A stretch of 64,000 bases of DNA from a virus: the IMG/VR virus record IMGVR_UViG_3300037313_001959; one strand, written 5' to 3'. Below the pieces are notes generated by a model. The model was not told the DNA's origin. It saw only the letters and a list, made by a program, of their open reading frames with translations, and did no database searches. Numbering within the stretch: the first letter of the stretch is position 1; every line of letters begins with the position of its first letter. The translations under genes were made by a program, and so were the position numbers. Shown here in pieces: positions 55,013 to 64,000 of the stretch.

Positions 55013-58000
55013 ATGACCTATACCGGAACATCCTTAAATAACTTACTGGATATCGTAACTAACGGATTGCTGGTTCAAACGTCAAGAGACGTTTTTACTG
55101 TGCGATCCATCGCAACCAGTGGCACCTCGAGCCTTTCGGTGTCTAATGCCAGCGGCGTCGCTGGCAATCCAACCATAAACCTGTCCCTAGTCTCAGCGGA
55201 TATAACCGGTGCCCTTGGCTTTACGCCAGCATCACTTGCGTCGCCAACGTTCACCGGCACGCCCATAGTTCCGACCGCCGCAGTTGACACTAACACGACG
55301 CAAGCTGCTTCAACAGCCTTTGTTCTCGGGCAAGCATCGTCAAGCACGCCTCTCATCAATGGCACAGCGGCGGTTGGTACTGCCACGCGCTGGGCACGTG
55401 GTGACCATGTGCATCCGACTGACACGTCGCGCGCATCGACAACATCACCCAGCTTTACGGGCACGGTCAGCGCAACAACAGGCTTCGCAGCAGGTAACAG
55501 TGGCACCCAGGGAACATTGACGATCAACGGTCCCTACAACACAGGTAAATGGATCGGTCTACAAGCACAAGGAACTGATCGGTGGCAGATAGCTGACGAT
55601 GGCGCAGCAGCTAATAATGCGACCGCGAACTGGGCTACCAGCACTGCATACGCCCTTAATGCCATAGTCAACAACACAAACAACGGCAGTGCTTATACAT
55701 GCACAACGGCGGGCACAAGCGCTTCAAGTGGCACCGGTCCAAGTGGCAACGGCACTGGAATAACTGACGGCACCGCTGTGTGGAGCTACGCTGGAGTTGC
55801 AAACCAAGGAGACAACTTTGCGATATGGCGCTGGGATGATCCACGCACGTCGCGTTCAACTCCATTTTCTATCAACCGACAGACGCAGCAAGTACAGATT
55901 GCGTTTGGACAGAACTTCGGCTCTCAAACTGGTAGCACTGCAACTGACCTAAGCAAGCATATTCAGTTATATTCGTCGACCTATGGCTTTAGTGTTACAA
56001 GCAGCCGTCTAAACATGGTTGCGCCGAGCACTGCGACAATTTTTGCTAACGTTGGCGGTTCAGACGTAGGTGGTTTTTCCAGCACTGGTTTGAATGCAAC
56101 TGTAATCGGTGCAACAACCCCAGCTGTTGCGACATTCACCTCGGTGGACATCGGGACAGGAGGCGCTAGTTTAAGCAACGACTTGCTCCAGGTAACTGGC
56201 ACCGTTGCAGGCTACCTCCAACAAAGTATTCAGAACCTGTCCACCGGCACAACGGCGTCTTCAGACTTTGTAGCAACTGCTAATGACGGTACCGACTTAA
56301 ACAACTATGTAGATCTCGGCATCAACAGTTCTGGTTACTCTGACCCGACATTCACCATTACTGGTGCACATGACGGCTATCTTTACGCACAAGGTGGTGA
56401 CCTTGCGGTTGGGACAGGCGGCAGCAATGATCTTGTTCTATTCACCGGTGGGACGCTGGCCGCAAACGAAAGGATGCGGATCAGCTCAGCAGGCGCAATA
56501 ACCCTTTCAAACGGCGCGAGCATTACTGGCTACGCGCTTCTTGCATCGCCAACGTTCACCGGCACTCCTGCAGCGCCGACAGCAACAGTTGACACAAACA
56601 CAACACAACTAGCAACAACTGCGTTTGTTCTCGGCCAGGCCTACACCTCAAACCCAGCAATGAACGGCACGGCTGCTGCTGGCAGCTCGACACGATGGAC
56701 GCGTGGTGACCACGTGCATCCAACCGACACCAGTAGGGCACCGATCGCGTCACCAACATTTACCACAACTGCAACAGTAAGTGGAGCAACGCTCGGCACT
56801 GCAGGACCAATTGCACTCGTTACTAACGCCACAACCAGTGCCGGTAGCAACGTGCTCAACTTCGCCGACACTACTGGCGTAGCTGTTGGACAAACAGCAA
56901 TCGGCGCTAACATTTCAGATAGCACAACTGTTACTGCTGTGACTGCAACGACGGTTACGTTGACCACCAACGTGACCGGCACAGGTGTTGCGCTCGGTGC
57001 AACTATCCGGTTCGTAGCATTAACCCTGCAAGCTACGTGGAGCACGCCTAATGCAAATTTCAGCATGTTGCGCGTGTACGAGTGGCGCAGTGCAGCCGGT
57101 ACCAGTTGGACATCTGCAACGCGCCGCATCGGACTGCGAACAGACGTTACTGACCAGGGTTTCATGGAATTTAATCCTGTCGGCTATGCCGGCGGCGTTG
57201 CTATTGGCAGTGGAACACCCAGCGTCGGTAACTACGGACTTTATATGGCCTCGTCCGGTGCTCTTACAATTCCTAGCGCGATGACGTTGAATTCCGGAGC
57301 GCTTTTCGGTAGCCAGACTGGCGGCACCAACGTTGATTTAAGCAAGCATATCTCGTTGTATTCAACCACATATGGATTTGGCATAACGTCGAGCCGATTA
57401 AATATCGTGGTGCCGAGCGGCGCCGGCATATATGCTAACATTGCTGGCACTGATGCGGGCAGCTTCACTAGCACCGGCCTAAATGCGACTACAATCGGTG
57501 CAACAACGGCTGCCGCTGGCACGTTTACTAATTTAACTGCAACAGGAACAGTGTCTGGGACTGGCTTCACCAACCTGCTTTCAACATACGCGCCACTAGC
57601 TTCGCCAACATTTAGCGGCACGCCGATAGTGCCAACAGCCGCCGCTGATACCAATACAACGCAAGCTGCCTCAACAGCGTTCGTTCTTGGACAAGCCTCT
57701 GCGTTGACCCCTCTGATGGACGGAACTGCGGCTATCGGTACTGGAACAAGATGGGCACGTTCAGACCACGTACATCCAACAGATACAACACGGGCGCCTC
57801 TTGCGTCGCCAACTTTTACAGGCACTCCAAGTGGACCAACTGCGAGTTTTGGTGACAGCTCAACTCAACTTGCCACAACATCATTCGTCAATACAGCGAT
57901 ATCCGGCGTCGGCACGGTAAGCACAACAGGTGGTTCGACAACACTGACTGCTGCGCAATATGGCGGGATGATGATTGTTGTTAGCGGCACCCTTGCGTCT

Positions 58001-61000
58001 GCGGCAACTCTTGTTGTGCCGAACAATGGTTTCTGGAGTGTCCGCAATACAACCACCGGCGCATTCACAGTCACAGTCAAAACTTCCGCTGGCACTGGAA
58101 TAATTGTCGACCAAGGATCTACACTAGAAATTCTTGCCGACGGCACCAATGTAATCGTCGCGTCTTCCGCTGGCACATCCATGCCGCTAATGAATGGCGT
58201 TGCAGCAGTCGGCACCGCTTCAACCTGGTCCCGCGCGGACCACGTGCACCCTACCGACACCAGCCGTGCGCCGCTAGCCAGTCCTACTTTCACCGGCACG
58301 GTGACTATTCCGTCCGGTGCTTCAATCTCCGGGTTCGCACCGCTTGCTTCGCCAACTTTCACCGGCACGCCAGCAGCACCAACAGCAGCACAGAACACCA
58401 ATACAACACAAGTTGCAACGACAGCATATGTGCTCGCTCAAGCGTCCAGCACTTCCCCTGTGATGGACGGCACGGCAACTGTAGGCACAGGCACGACGTT
58501 TGCGCGCGCTGATCACATACATCCGACAGACACAAGCCGGGCGCCACTAGCATCTCCTGTCTTTACAGGTACCGTTACGTTGCCAGCTGACCCCTCCTTG
58601 GCATTGCAGGCAGCTACGAAGCAATATGTTGACGCGTTAACGGGTGCAACTAGCAGTGTTGCGACAACAGGTGGCTCAACCACTCTGAGCGCAGCACAAT
58701 ACAACTGCATGATCCTTATTGCTACAGGGACATTGACAAGTAATGCTACTTTTGTTGTGCCGAATTCTGGCGAGTGGATTGTTAGCAATAACACAACTGG
58801 TGCATTCAGCCTAACAATCAAAACATCCGCTGGCACTAGCGTTACAGTTGACCAGGGGCAAACAGTTGATCTAATTGCGAATGGGACTAACGTCGTCTAT
58901 TCGACATCAGCCGGCACTGTGACGCCACTAATGGATGGTGTAGCATCGGCTGGCTCAGGCAGCTCAGTAGCACTTGCCAATCACGTGCACCCAACTGACA
59001 CATCACGGGCGCCGCTTGCTTCGCCTACCTTTACGGGTACGCCAGCAGCACCGACAGCAGCTCAAAACACCAATACAACGCAGGTCGCAACCACAGCGTT
59101 CGTGCTCGCACAAGCGTCAAGCACTACGCCGCTGATTGATGGTACTGCCACAGTTGGCATTGGCACAACATTTGCCCGCGCAGATCACATTCATCCGACA
59201 GATACCAGCCGAGCGCCGCTTGCTTCGCCAACATTCACTGGCACGGTGACACTGCCGGCTGATCCTGTGGCAGCGCTGCAGGCCGCGACAAAGCAGTATG
59301 TTGACGCATTAACGTCAGCCACCGTTACAGTGCCAACAACCGGCGGATCCACAACGCTCAGTGCTGCGCAATATAATTGCATGATTCTCATTGCAAGCGG
59401 CACATTGGCAAGCAATGCAACTTTTGTTGTCCCAAATTCAGGCGAATGGATCGTCGTAAACAATACAACTGGCGCATTCACATTGACCATCAAAACGTCG
59501 GCTGGCACAGGAGTCACTGTCGATCAAGGACAATCAGTCGACGTAATAGGCAATGGTACAAACGTTATCTACTCAACGTCGGTAGGCACAGTTACACCTC
59601 TTATGGATGGCGTTGCTTCAGCTGGCTCAGGCAGCTCAGTAGCACTTGCTAATCACGTGCATCCAACCGATACCAGCCGTTCGCCACTCGCGTCACCAAC
59701 ATTCACCGGCACGCCTGCGGCACCGACTGCGACGCAGAACACGAACACTACACAGCTTGCAACGACAGCCTTTGTGCTCGGCCAGTCCTCATCGACTACG
59801 CCTAATATGGACGGAGCTGCCGCTGTAGGAACAGGCACCACTTTTGCTCGCGCCGACCATACTCATCCGACTGATACGTCACGGGCACCGCTTGCTTCAC
59901 CAACGTTTACTGGCACACCAGCAGCGCCAACAGCAGCACAAAACACTAACACGACCCAGGTCGCAACGACAGCCTTTGTGCTCGCTCAAGCGTCGAGTAC
60001 CACTCCACTAATAGACGGCACTGCTACGATTGGGACAGGCACAACGTTTGCACGTGCTGATCACATACATCCAACGGACACGAGCCGTGCGCCGGTTGCC
60101 TCACCTACATTTACAGGCACAGTGACATTGCCGGCTGATCCAGCGTCGGCGTTACAGGCAGCTACGAAACAATATGTTGACGCAGCGACCTCTTCAGCGG
60201 TTACAGTTTCTACAACTGGTGGCTCGACCACACTTACTGCGGCACAATACAACGCAGCAATTATCCTTGCTACTGGAACTTTAGCGAGCAATGCAACCTT
60301 TGTTGTGCCGAATTCTGGCGAATGGGTAATAGCAAATAATACGACAGGCGCATTTACTTTAACCGTCAAAACATCTGCCGGGACCGGCGTTACCGTTGAC
60401 CAAGGACAGACAACGGATCTAGTCGCTAATGGCACAAACGTTGTCTATTCCACGTCTGCAGGCACAGTTACGCCATTGATGGATGGCACTGCGTCAGCTG
60501 GTTCGGGAAGCTCAGTTGCCCTTGCGAATCACGTACATCCAACTGATACTTCTCGAGCGCCGCTCGCATCGCCGACTTTTACGGGTGTGCCTGCCTCACC
60601 AACGGCTGCGCAGAATACGAACACAACGCAACTAGCAACGACGGCGTTTGTGTTAGGCCAGGCGTCCTCTACAACGCCCACTATGGACGGCACTGCCACA
60701 ATTGGCACCGGCACAACGTTTGCACGTGCTGATCATATACATCCTACCGATACATCGCGTGCACCAACTGCCAGTCCGACGTTCACCGGGACTGTAACTA
60801 TTCCGGGAAAGGCTGGAAATAGTCAGCAATGGGTAAATGTTAACACGGGTCAGGACGGCGCAAGCTTGACAAACGCCAATTTTGAACTGGGTTCGTGGAA
60901 CGGCATAGGATTCTCTCAAACAACTTCGTTCAATCCTGCAGTCTCAGGTTCATTCGTTACCGACAAAACCTATGGCCACTTCTTCAACGTGCGGACTGGT

Positions 61001-63139
61001 GACGCAACGCATTACGGCAATCTGACTGCGTATGGTAATACGCAACTCAATGCTAGTCGCGTTTCAACGTCAGGGACTACCACTACATTTGACCTCATCG
61101 GCAGTATCGCAAGCGCGCCGGTCATAGTGTCAGGCGGCACGTCGGGATTTGCTACTACCGACTGCTTGGTTGACTCGTCTGGTAATATCTACCAGCCAAC
61201 TGCGGTTACGTCAGGTGTAATTACAACTATCAGCCTAGCAAAAGCATCAGTTATCTATTCGGCGGCGCCAGCGAACCCTGTCACACTCACTGTTATATCT
61301 GGCTCAGGAACCGGCAGCGTTACAGTTAATTTGACCTGGACGAAGCCAACAACTTTAAGCATTAATCCAACTGGTGCTGCTGTTACGCTGCCACGAGCAA
61401 CAATAAACTCTGGTGCAACTTTCGGCTCGCAGACCGTCGCAACAGTTACTGACCTAAGCAAGCATATTGCGCTATACAGCACAACTTACGGCCTCAATAT
61501 CACAGCCAACCGCCTAAATATTGTTGCCCCTAGCGCTGCTAGCATATTTGCGAATATTAATGGGTCCGATGTCGCCAACATCACTAGCACTGGCCTTAAT
61601 GCAACAGCTATCGGTGCAACAACGGCAGCGACTGGTACGTTTACAAGCCTGACTGCCACAGGAACGGCAACATTTTCAGGTTCGGTCACCGGCACTGGGT
61701 TATCAACTTACCTAGCGTCGCCGCCAGCAATTGGTAGCACTTCACCTAACACAGGCGCGTTTACGCAGGTATTTGCAAACAACTGGCTCCAGGCAGGATT
61801 GGATGCAAGCACTGGCTACATTTTCTGCAACCTCAATGGTGCATCTGGCTCGACACGGTACTTCCAGTTTCAGACAGCTAGTGGCAATCGGTGGGCAGTA
61901 GGCTGTAACAACACAGTTGAATCTTCAACCGCAACCGGTAGCGACTTTTTTATTAATGCGTTTGACAACAGTGGCAACTACCTATCCTCTCCCTTGACGA
62001 TCGTGCGCTCTAGCGGACAGCTTACAATTCCAAATGGGGCGATCATTACAGGAGGCAGTTTGGACAATGCTCCTGTAGGTGCAACGACTGCGTCGACTGG
62101 CGCATTCACCACCCTATCAGCATCAGGAACGGCAACGGCTCCAACTGTAACGCCTGCAACGGATTCGAGCACTAAGATTGCCACAACCGCCTTCGTTGCG
62201 CCCTCATTCAACAACATGGGCAGAAACTTATTTCACAATGCACAGTTTATTGTGCAGCAACGAGGTCCCGGTGTGTTTGGTCTGAACGTATTAACAGCAG
62301 ACCGATGGGCGACATCAGGCCTCTCCGATACTGTGTCAATTAGTTTTCCAGCATTGTCTGATACTGATCGTGGGCAAATAGGCGATGAAACCGCTGCCAA
62401 TACAATGCAGAATAACTTTACTGGTAATGCCGGGTCGACTGCCTACAACGCCATTCTGCAAAGAATCGAAAACGTCCGACGGCTTGCTGGTAAAACGGTG
62501 ACCTTCAGCTTCTGGGCTCGCGCTACATCTGGGACACCTAAATTGGGCATTGGCGCGGGCCAAATATTCGGTACTGGTGGCACACCATCGGCTACTGTAG
62601 TGCTGAATGGACAGTCAACTTCCGCGCTGACGGGTACTTTTACACGCTATAGTTTTACTTTCTCACTGCCGTCTATATCCGGAAAGACACTTGGCACTAA
62701 TGGAGATGACTTCACGCAGTTTGCCTTTTGGTATTCATCGGGTTCAACAAACAATACTGTCGCAGGTAATATTGGTGTGCAAACAGGAATTGTTCAAATT
62801 TGGGGTGCGCAACTAGAGATAGGCAGTGTAGCAACTGCATTCGAAAAGACTGATCCCGCTGATGACTATGCTAGGTGTCGTCGCTATTATCAAATAGCGT
62901 ATGGCGTTGCGCGATGGACTGCAACAGCATCGGGACAGTGGATGGAATCAACTGTTAATTTCCAGCCAATGAGGATAACACCAACAGCTGGAACAATAAG
63001 CGGTGGCTCAGTAAATAATCTAGGCAGTGAGGCTGTGTTTCCTGTTTCCAATAATACTGCGCGTTATGCAATACAATCAGCTGCTGCAGGCGATACGTAT
63101 GGATTAATTAGGCAGTTCACTTTGACAGCCGACATATAG
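55013..63139 (+). CDS. Giant modular tail fibre protein (2708 aa)
   Basis: Twelve H-x-H-P-T-D-T modules, many ASPTFTG repeats, three FGSQT...DLSKHI.LYS.TYG modules, C-terminal GRNLFHNAQF...ADRW carbohydrate-binding-like domain. Confidence 0.9.
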   Translation: MTYTGTSLNNLLDIVTNGLLVQTSRDVFTVRSIATSGTSSLSVSNASGVAGNPTINLSLVSADITGALGFTPASLASPTFTGTPIVPTAAVDTNTTQAASTAFVLGQASSSTPLINGTAAVGTATRWARGDHVHPTDTSRASTTSPSFTGTVSATTGFAAGNSGTQGTLTINGPYNTGKWIGLQAQGTDRWQIADDGAAANNATANWATSTAYALNAIVNNTNNGSAYTCTTAGTSASSGTGPSGNGTGITDGTAVWSYAGVANQGDNFAIWRWDDPRTSRSTPFSINRQTQQVQIAFGQNFGSQTGSTATDLSKHIQLYSSTYGFSVTSSRLNMVAPSTATIFANVGGSDVGGFSSTGLNATVIGATTPAVATFTSVDIGTGGASLSNDLLQVTGTVAGYLQQSIQNLSTGTTASSDFVATANDGTDLNNYVDLGINSSGYSDPTFTITGAHDGYLYAQGGDLAVGTGGSNDLVLFTGGTLAANERMRISSAGAITLSNGASITGYALLASPTFTGTPAAPTATVDTNTTQLATTAFVLGQAYTSNPAMNGTAAAGSSTRWTRGDHVHPTDTSRAPIASPTFTTTATVSGATLGTAGPIALVTNATTSAGSNVLNFADTTGVAVGQTAIGANISDSTTVTAVTATTVTLTTNVTGTGVALGATIRFVALTLQATWSTPNANFSMLRVYEWRSAAGTSWTSATRRIGLRTDVTDQGFMEFNPVGYAGGVAIGSGTPSVGNYGLYMASSGALTIPSAMTLNSGALFGSQTGGTNVDLSKHISLYSTTYGFGITSSRLNIVVPSGAGIYANIAGTDAGSFTSTGLNATTIGATTAAAGTFTNLTATGTVSGTGFTNLLSTYAPLASPTFSGTPIVPTAAADTNTTQAASTAFVLGQASALTPLMDGTAAIGTGTRWARSDHVHPTDTTRAPLASPTFTGTPSGPTASFGDSSTQLATTSFVNTAISGVGTVSTTGGSTTLTAAQYGGMMIVVSGTLASAATLVVPNNGFWSVRNTTTGAFTVTVKTSAGTGIIVDQGSTLEILADGTNVIVASSAGTSMPLMNGVAAVGTASTWSRADHVHPTDTSRAPLASPTFTGTVTIPSGASISGFAPLASPTFTGTPAAPTAAQNTNTTQVATTAYVLAQASSTSPVMDGTATVGTGTTFARADHIHPTDTSRAPLASPVFTGTVTLPADPSLALQAATKQYVDALTGATSSVATTGGSTTLSAAQYNCMILIATGTLTSNATFVVPNSGEWIVSNNTTGAFSLTIKTSAGTSVTVDQGQTVDLIANGTNVVYSTSAGTVTPLMDGVASAGSGSSVALANHVHPTDTSRAPLASPTFTGTPAAPTAAQNTNTTQVATTAFVLAQASSTTPLIDGTATVGIGTTFARADHIHPTDTSRAPLASPTFTGTVTLPADPVAALQAATKQYVDALTSATVTVPTTGGSTTLSAAQYNCMILIASGTLASNATFVVPNSGEWIVVNNTTGAFTLTIKTSAGTGVTVDQGQSVDVIGNGTNVIYSTSVGTVTPLMDGVASAGSGSSVALANHVHPTDTSRSPLASPTFTGTPAAPTATQNTNTTQLATTAFVLGQSSSTTPNMDGAAAVGTGTTFARADHTHPTDTSRAPLASPTFTGTPAAPTAAQNTNTTQVATTAFVLAQASSTTPLIDGTATIGTGTTFARADHIHPTDTSRAPVASPTFTGTVTLPADPASALQAATKQYVDAATSSAVTVSTTGGSTTLTAAQYNAAIILATGTLASNATFVVPNSGEWVIANNTTGAFTLTVKTSAGTGVTVDQGQTTDLVANGTNVVYSTSAGTVTPLMDGTASAGSGSSVALANHVHPTDTSRAPLASPTFTGVPASPTAAQNTNTTQLATTAFVLGQASSTTPTMDGTATIGTGTTFARADHIHPTDTSRAPTASPTFTGTVTIPGKAGNSQQWVNVNTGQDGASLTNANFELGSWNGIGFSQTTSFNPAVSGSFVTDKTYGHFFNVRTGDATHYGNLTAYGNTQLNASRVSTSGTTTTFDLIGSIASAPVIVSGGTSGFATTDCLVDSSGNIYQPTAVTSGVITTISLAKASVIYSAAPANPVTLTVISGSGTGSVTVNLTWTKPTTLSINPTGAAVTLPRATINSGATFGSQTVATVTDLSKHIALYSTTYGLNITANRLNIVAPSAASIFANINGSDVANITSTGLNATAIGATTAATGTFTSLTATGTATFSGSVTGTGLSTYLASPPAIGSTSPNTGAFTQVFANNWLQAGLDASTGYIFCNLNGASGSTRYFQFQTASGNRWAVGCNNTVESSTATGSDFFINAFDNSGNYLSSPLTIVRSSGQLTIPNGAIITGGSLDNAPVGATTASTGAFTTLSASGTATAPTVTPATDSSTKIATTAFVAPSFNNMGRNLFHNAQFIVQQRGPGVFGLNVLTADRWATSGLSDTVSISFPALSDTDRGQIGDETAANTMQNNFTGNAGSTAYNAILQRIENVRRLAGKTVTFSFWARATSGTPKLGIGAGQIFGTGGTPSATVVLNGQSTSALTGTFTRYSFTFSLPSISGKTLGTNGDDFTQFAFWYSSGSTNNTVAGNIGVQTGIVQIWGAQLEIGSVATAFEKTDPADDYARCRRYYQIAYGVARWTATASGQWMESTVNFQPMRITPTAGTISGGSVNNLGSEAVFPVSNNTARYAIQSAAAGDTYGLIRQFTLTADI

Positions 63140-63141
63140 CG

Positions 63142-63570
63142 ATGACGCGCAAAGCAAAAATGCAGCCGATTGTGATTTTGCAGAGACTTCAAGCAGCGAA
63201 ATCCAAAAAAGCACTAGAAAAAGTCATTATCGACGCTTGGAATAGTGACTCAGAAGAATTCTTTCTTGGTCTTGAAATGTCAGTCGATCCGAATTTGAAA
63301 TTTGGTATCACATCTGCACCAGAGATTCAAGATCCGGATGACGGGGATCCTGGCTCATTCACGTTCAATGATTTTTTGGCTCTCACGCAAAGCCTTTCGT
63401 CTGCACAACTCGATGAAGCCGAAGCAAGGCGCGCTGTGGTTGAGGCAGCGTTGCGGTGCAACGTGTCTGAATGGAATAAATGGTACCGCAGAATACTCCT
63501 TAAAAACCTTCATCACCAGCTGCCAATGGATGTTATAACTAAAGTCCTCTTTCGGTTGACAAACCGGTAG
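63142..63570 (+). CDS. Stand-alone domain resembling the N-terminal DNA-binding region of phage ATP-dependent DNA ligases
   Basis: KKALEKVI...EFFLGLEMSVDPNLKFGI...WNKWYRRILLKNL...ITKV then stop; no KxDG motif. Confidence 0.55.
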   Translation: MTRKAKMQPIVILQRLQAAKSKKALEKVIIDAWNSDSEEFFLGLEMSVDPNLKFGITSAPEIQDPDDGDPGSFTFNDFLALTQSLSSAQLDEAEARRAVVEAALRCNVSEWNKWYRRILLKNLHHQLPMDVITKVLFRLTNR

Positions 63571-63617
63571 TATGTGTTACCATTTACTGCTCGTAAACAC
63601 TCTTTTTGGTGGAGTCC

Positions 63618-64000
63618 ATGGCAGTTCGTCTCGACAGTTTAAAGGATGTGCAGGTATTTGTTGACGGTGTATTTGATGGCAGTATCGAGCCCTCAGTTAA
63701 CGACCTTGCTGAAGTTTTGTATTTTGCATCGGATCAATACTACAACATAGACGGCGATAAGCAGACTGAAGTGTTTCTTACGGATGATCAATTCGATCAG
63801 CTAGAATCGATACTTCGAGCGTTAAATCCAAACCACCCATTTTTTGCACAAGTAGGCAGCGATGTGCGTGGTTCAAAGGTTGACCTCCCCTACGAGCTTG
63901 GCTCTCTAGACCAATTGCACGTTGGAGGCGATGTCAGGCGTTGGATTATATCCAATGGTTGGCCCGACCAAGCTTTTTGTCTTACTGACAAGGTCGATGG
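63618..64000 (+). CDS. ligA: NAD-dependent DNA ligase, 5' part; runs off the window edge
   Basis: Not in the track. My translation from ATG 63618: ...ASDQYYN...LTDDQFDQLESILRALNPNHPFFAQVGSDVRGSKVDLPYELGSLDQL...LTDKVDG (domain Ia YY/D/D, GSL and the KxDG motif). GGAG SD. Confidence 0.9.
   Translation, partial: MAVRLDSLKDVQVFVDGVFDGSIEPSVNDLAEVLYFASDQYYNIDGDKQTEVFLTDDQFDQLESILRALNPNHPFFAQVGSDVRGSKVDLPYELGSLDQLHVGGDVRRWIISNGWPDQAFCLTDKVD

Noticed and set aside
52661-62563. Many Val/Ala-rich minus-strand ORFs and alternate-frame ORFs in the fibre genes
   Set aside because: These are shadows of the Thr/Ala/Gly-rich repetitive sense frame.
55013-63139. Diversity-generating retroelement acting on the fibre tip
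   Set aside because: No reverse transcriptase and no TR/VR pair differing only at adenines were seen; the repeats are in-frame protein modules with synonymous divergence.

Overview
This window is best explained as part of a large, T4-like (jumbo) bacteriophage genome, probably infecting an alphaproteobacterium. The host assignment is inferred from the host-like accessory genes. The phage assignment rests on dense small orphan ORFs, a clamp-loader subunit, PhoH, MazG, stand-alone GroES, a short DnaE-like fragment, a CTAAATA late-promoter-like motif upstream of many genes, a virion/tail-fibre block (49.2-63.1 kb) and an NAD-dependent ligase cut by the window edge. The left ~13 kb is an accessory island. 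It holds a double-glycine peptide with its HlyD adaptor and C39-peptidase ABC exporter, an HD-domain enzyme, tRNA-Cys, a YciF ferritin-like protein, a PEP-CTERM protein, an M23 peptidase, a NUDIX hydrolase and a PQQ-type beta-propeller. The middle carries a GH13 alpha-amylase with a repeat-domain partner, a J-domain/kinase-like fusion, a tyrosine recombinase, a complete prkA(yeaG)-yeaH-spoVR module followed by infA, and dnaJ-clpA. The most striking unexplained structure is a non-coding family of 12-14 short hairpin elements (RTYRYCAD-ATCCC-N4-9-RGGAT). They form three arrays of ~50-55 bp period with unique spacers (3270-3619, 4323-4527, 6995-7128), and I recognised no cas or other cognate gene. 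A dispersed family of ten small paralogues ending in an A-x-x-F-K-L-like motif is also evident. All protein assignments come from motif recognition by eye; no database searches were run.
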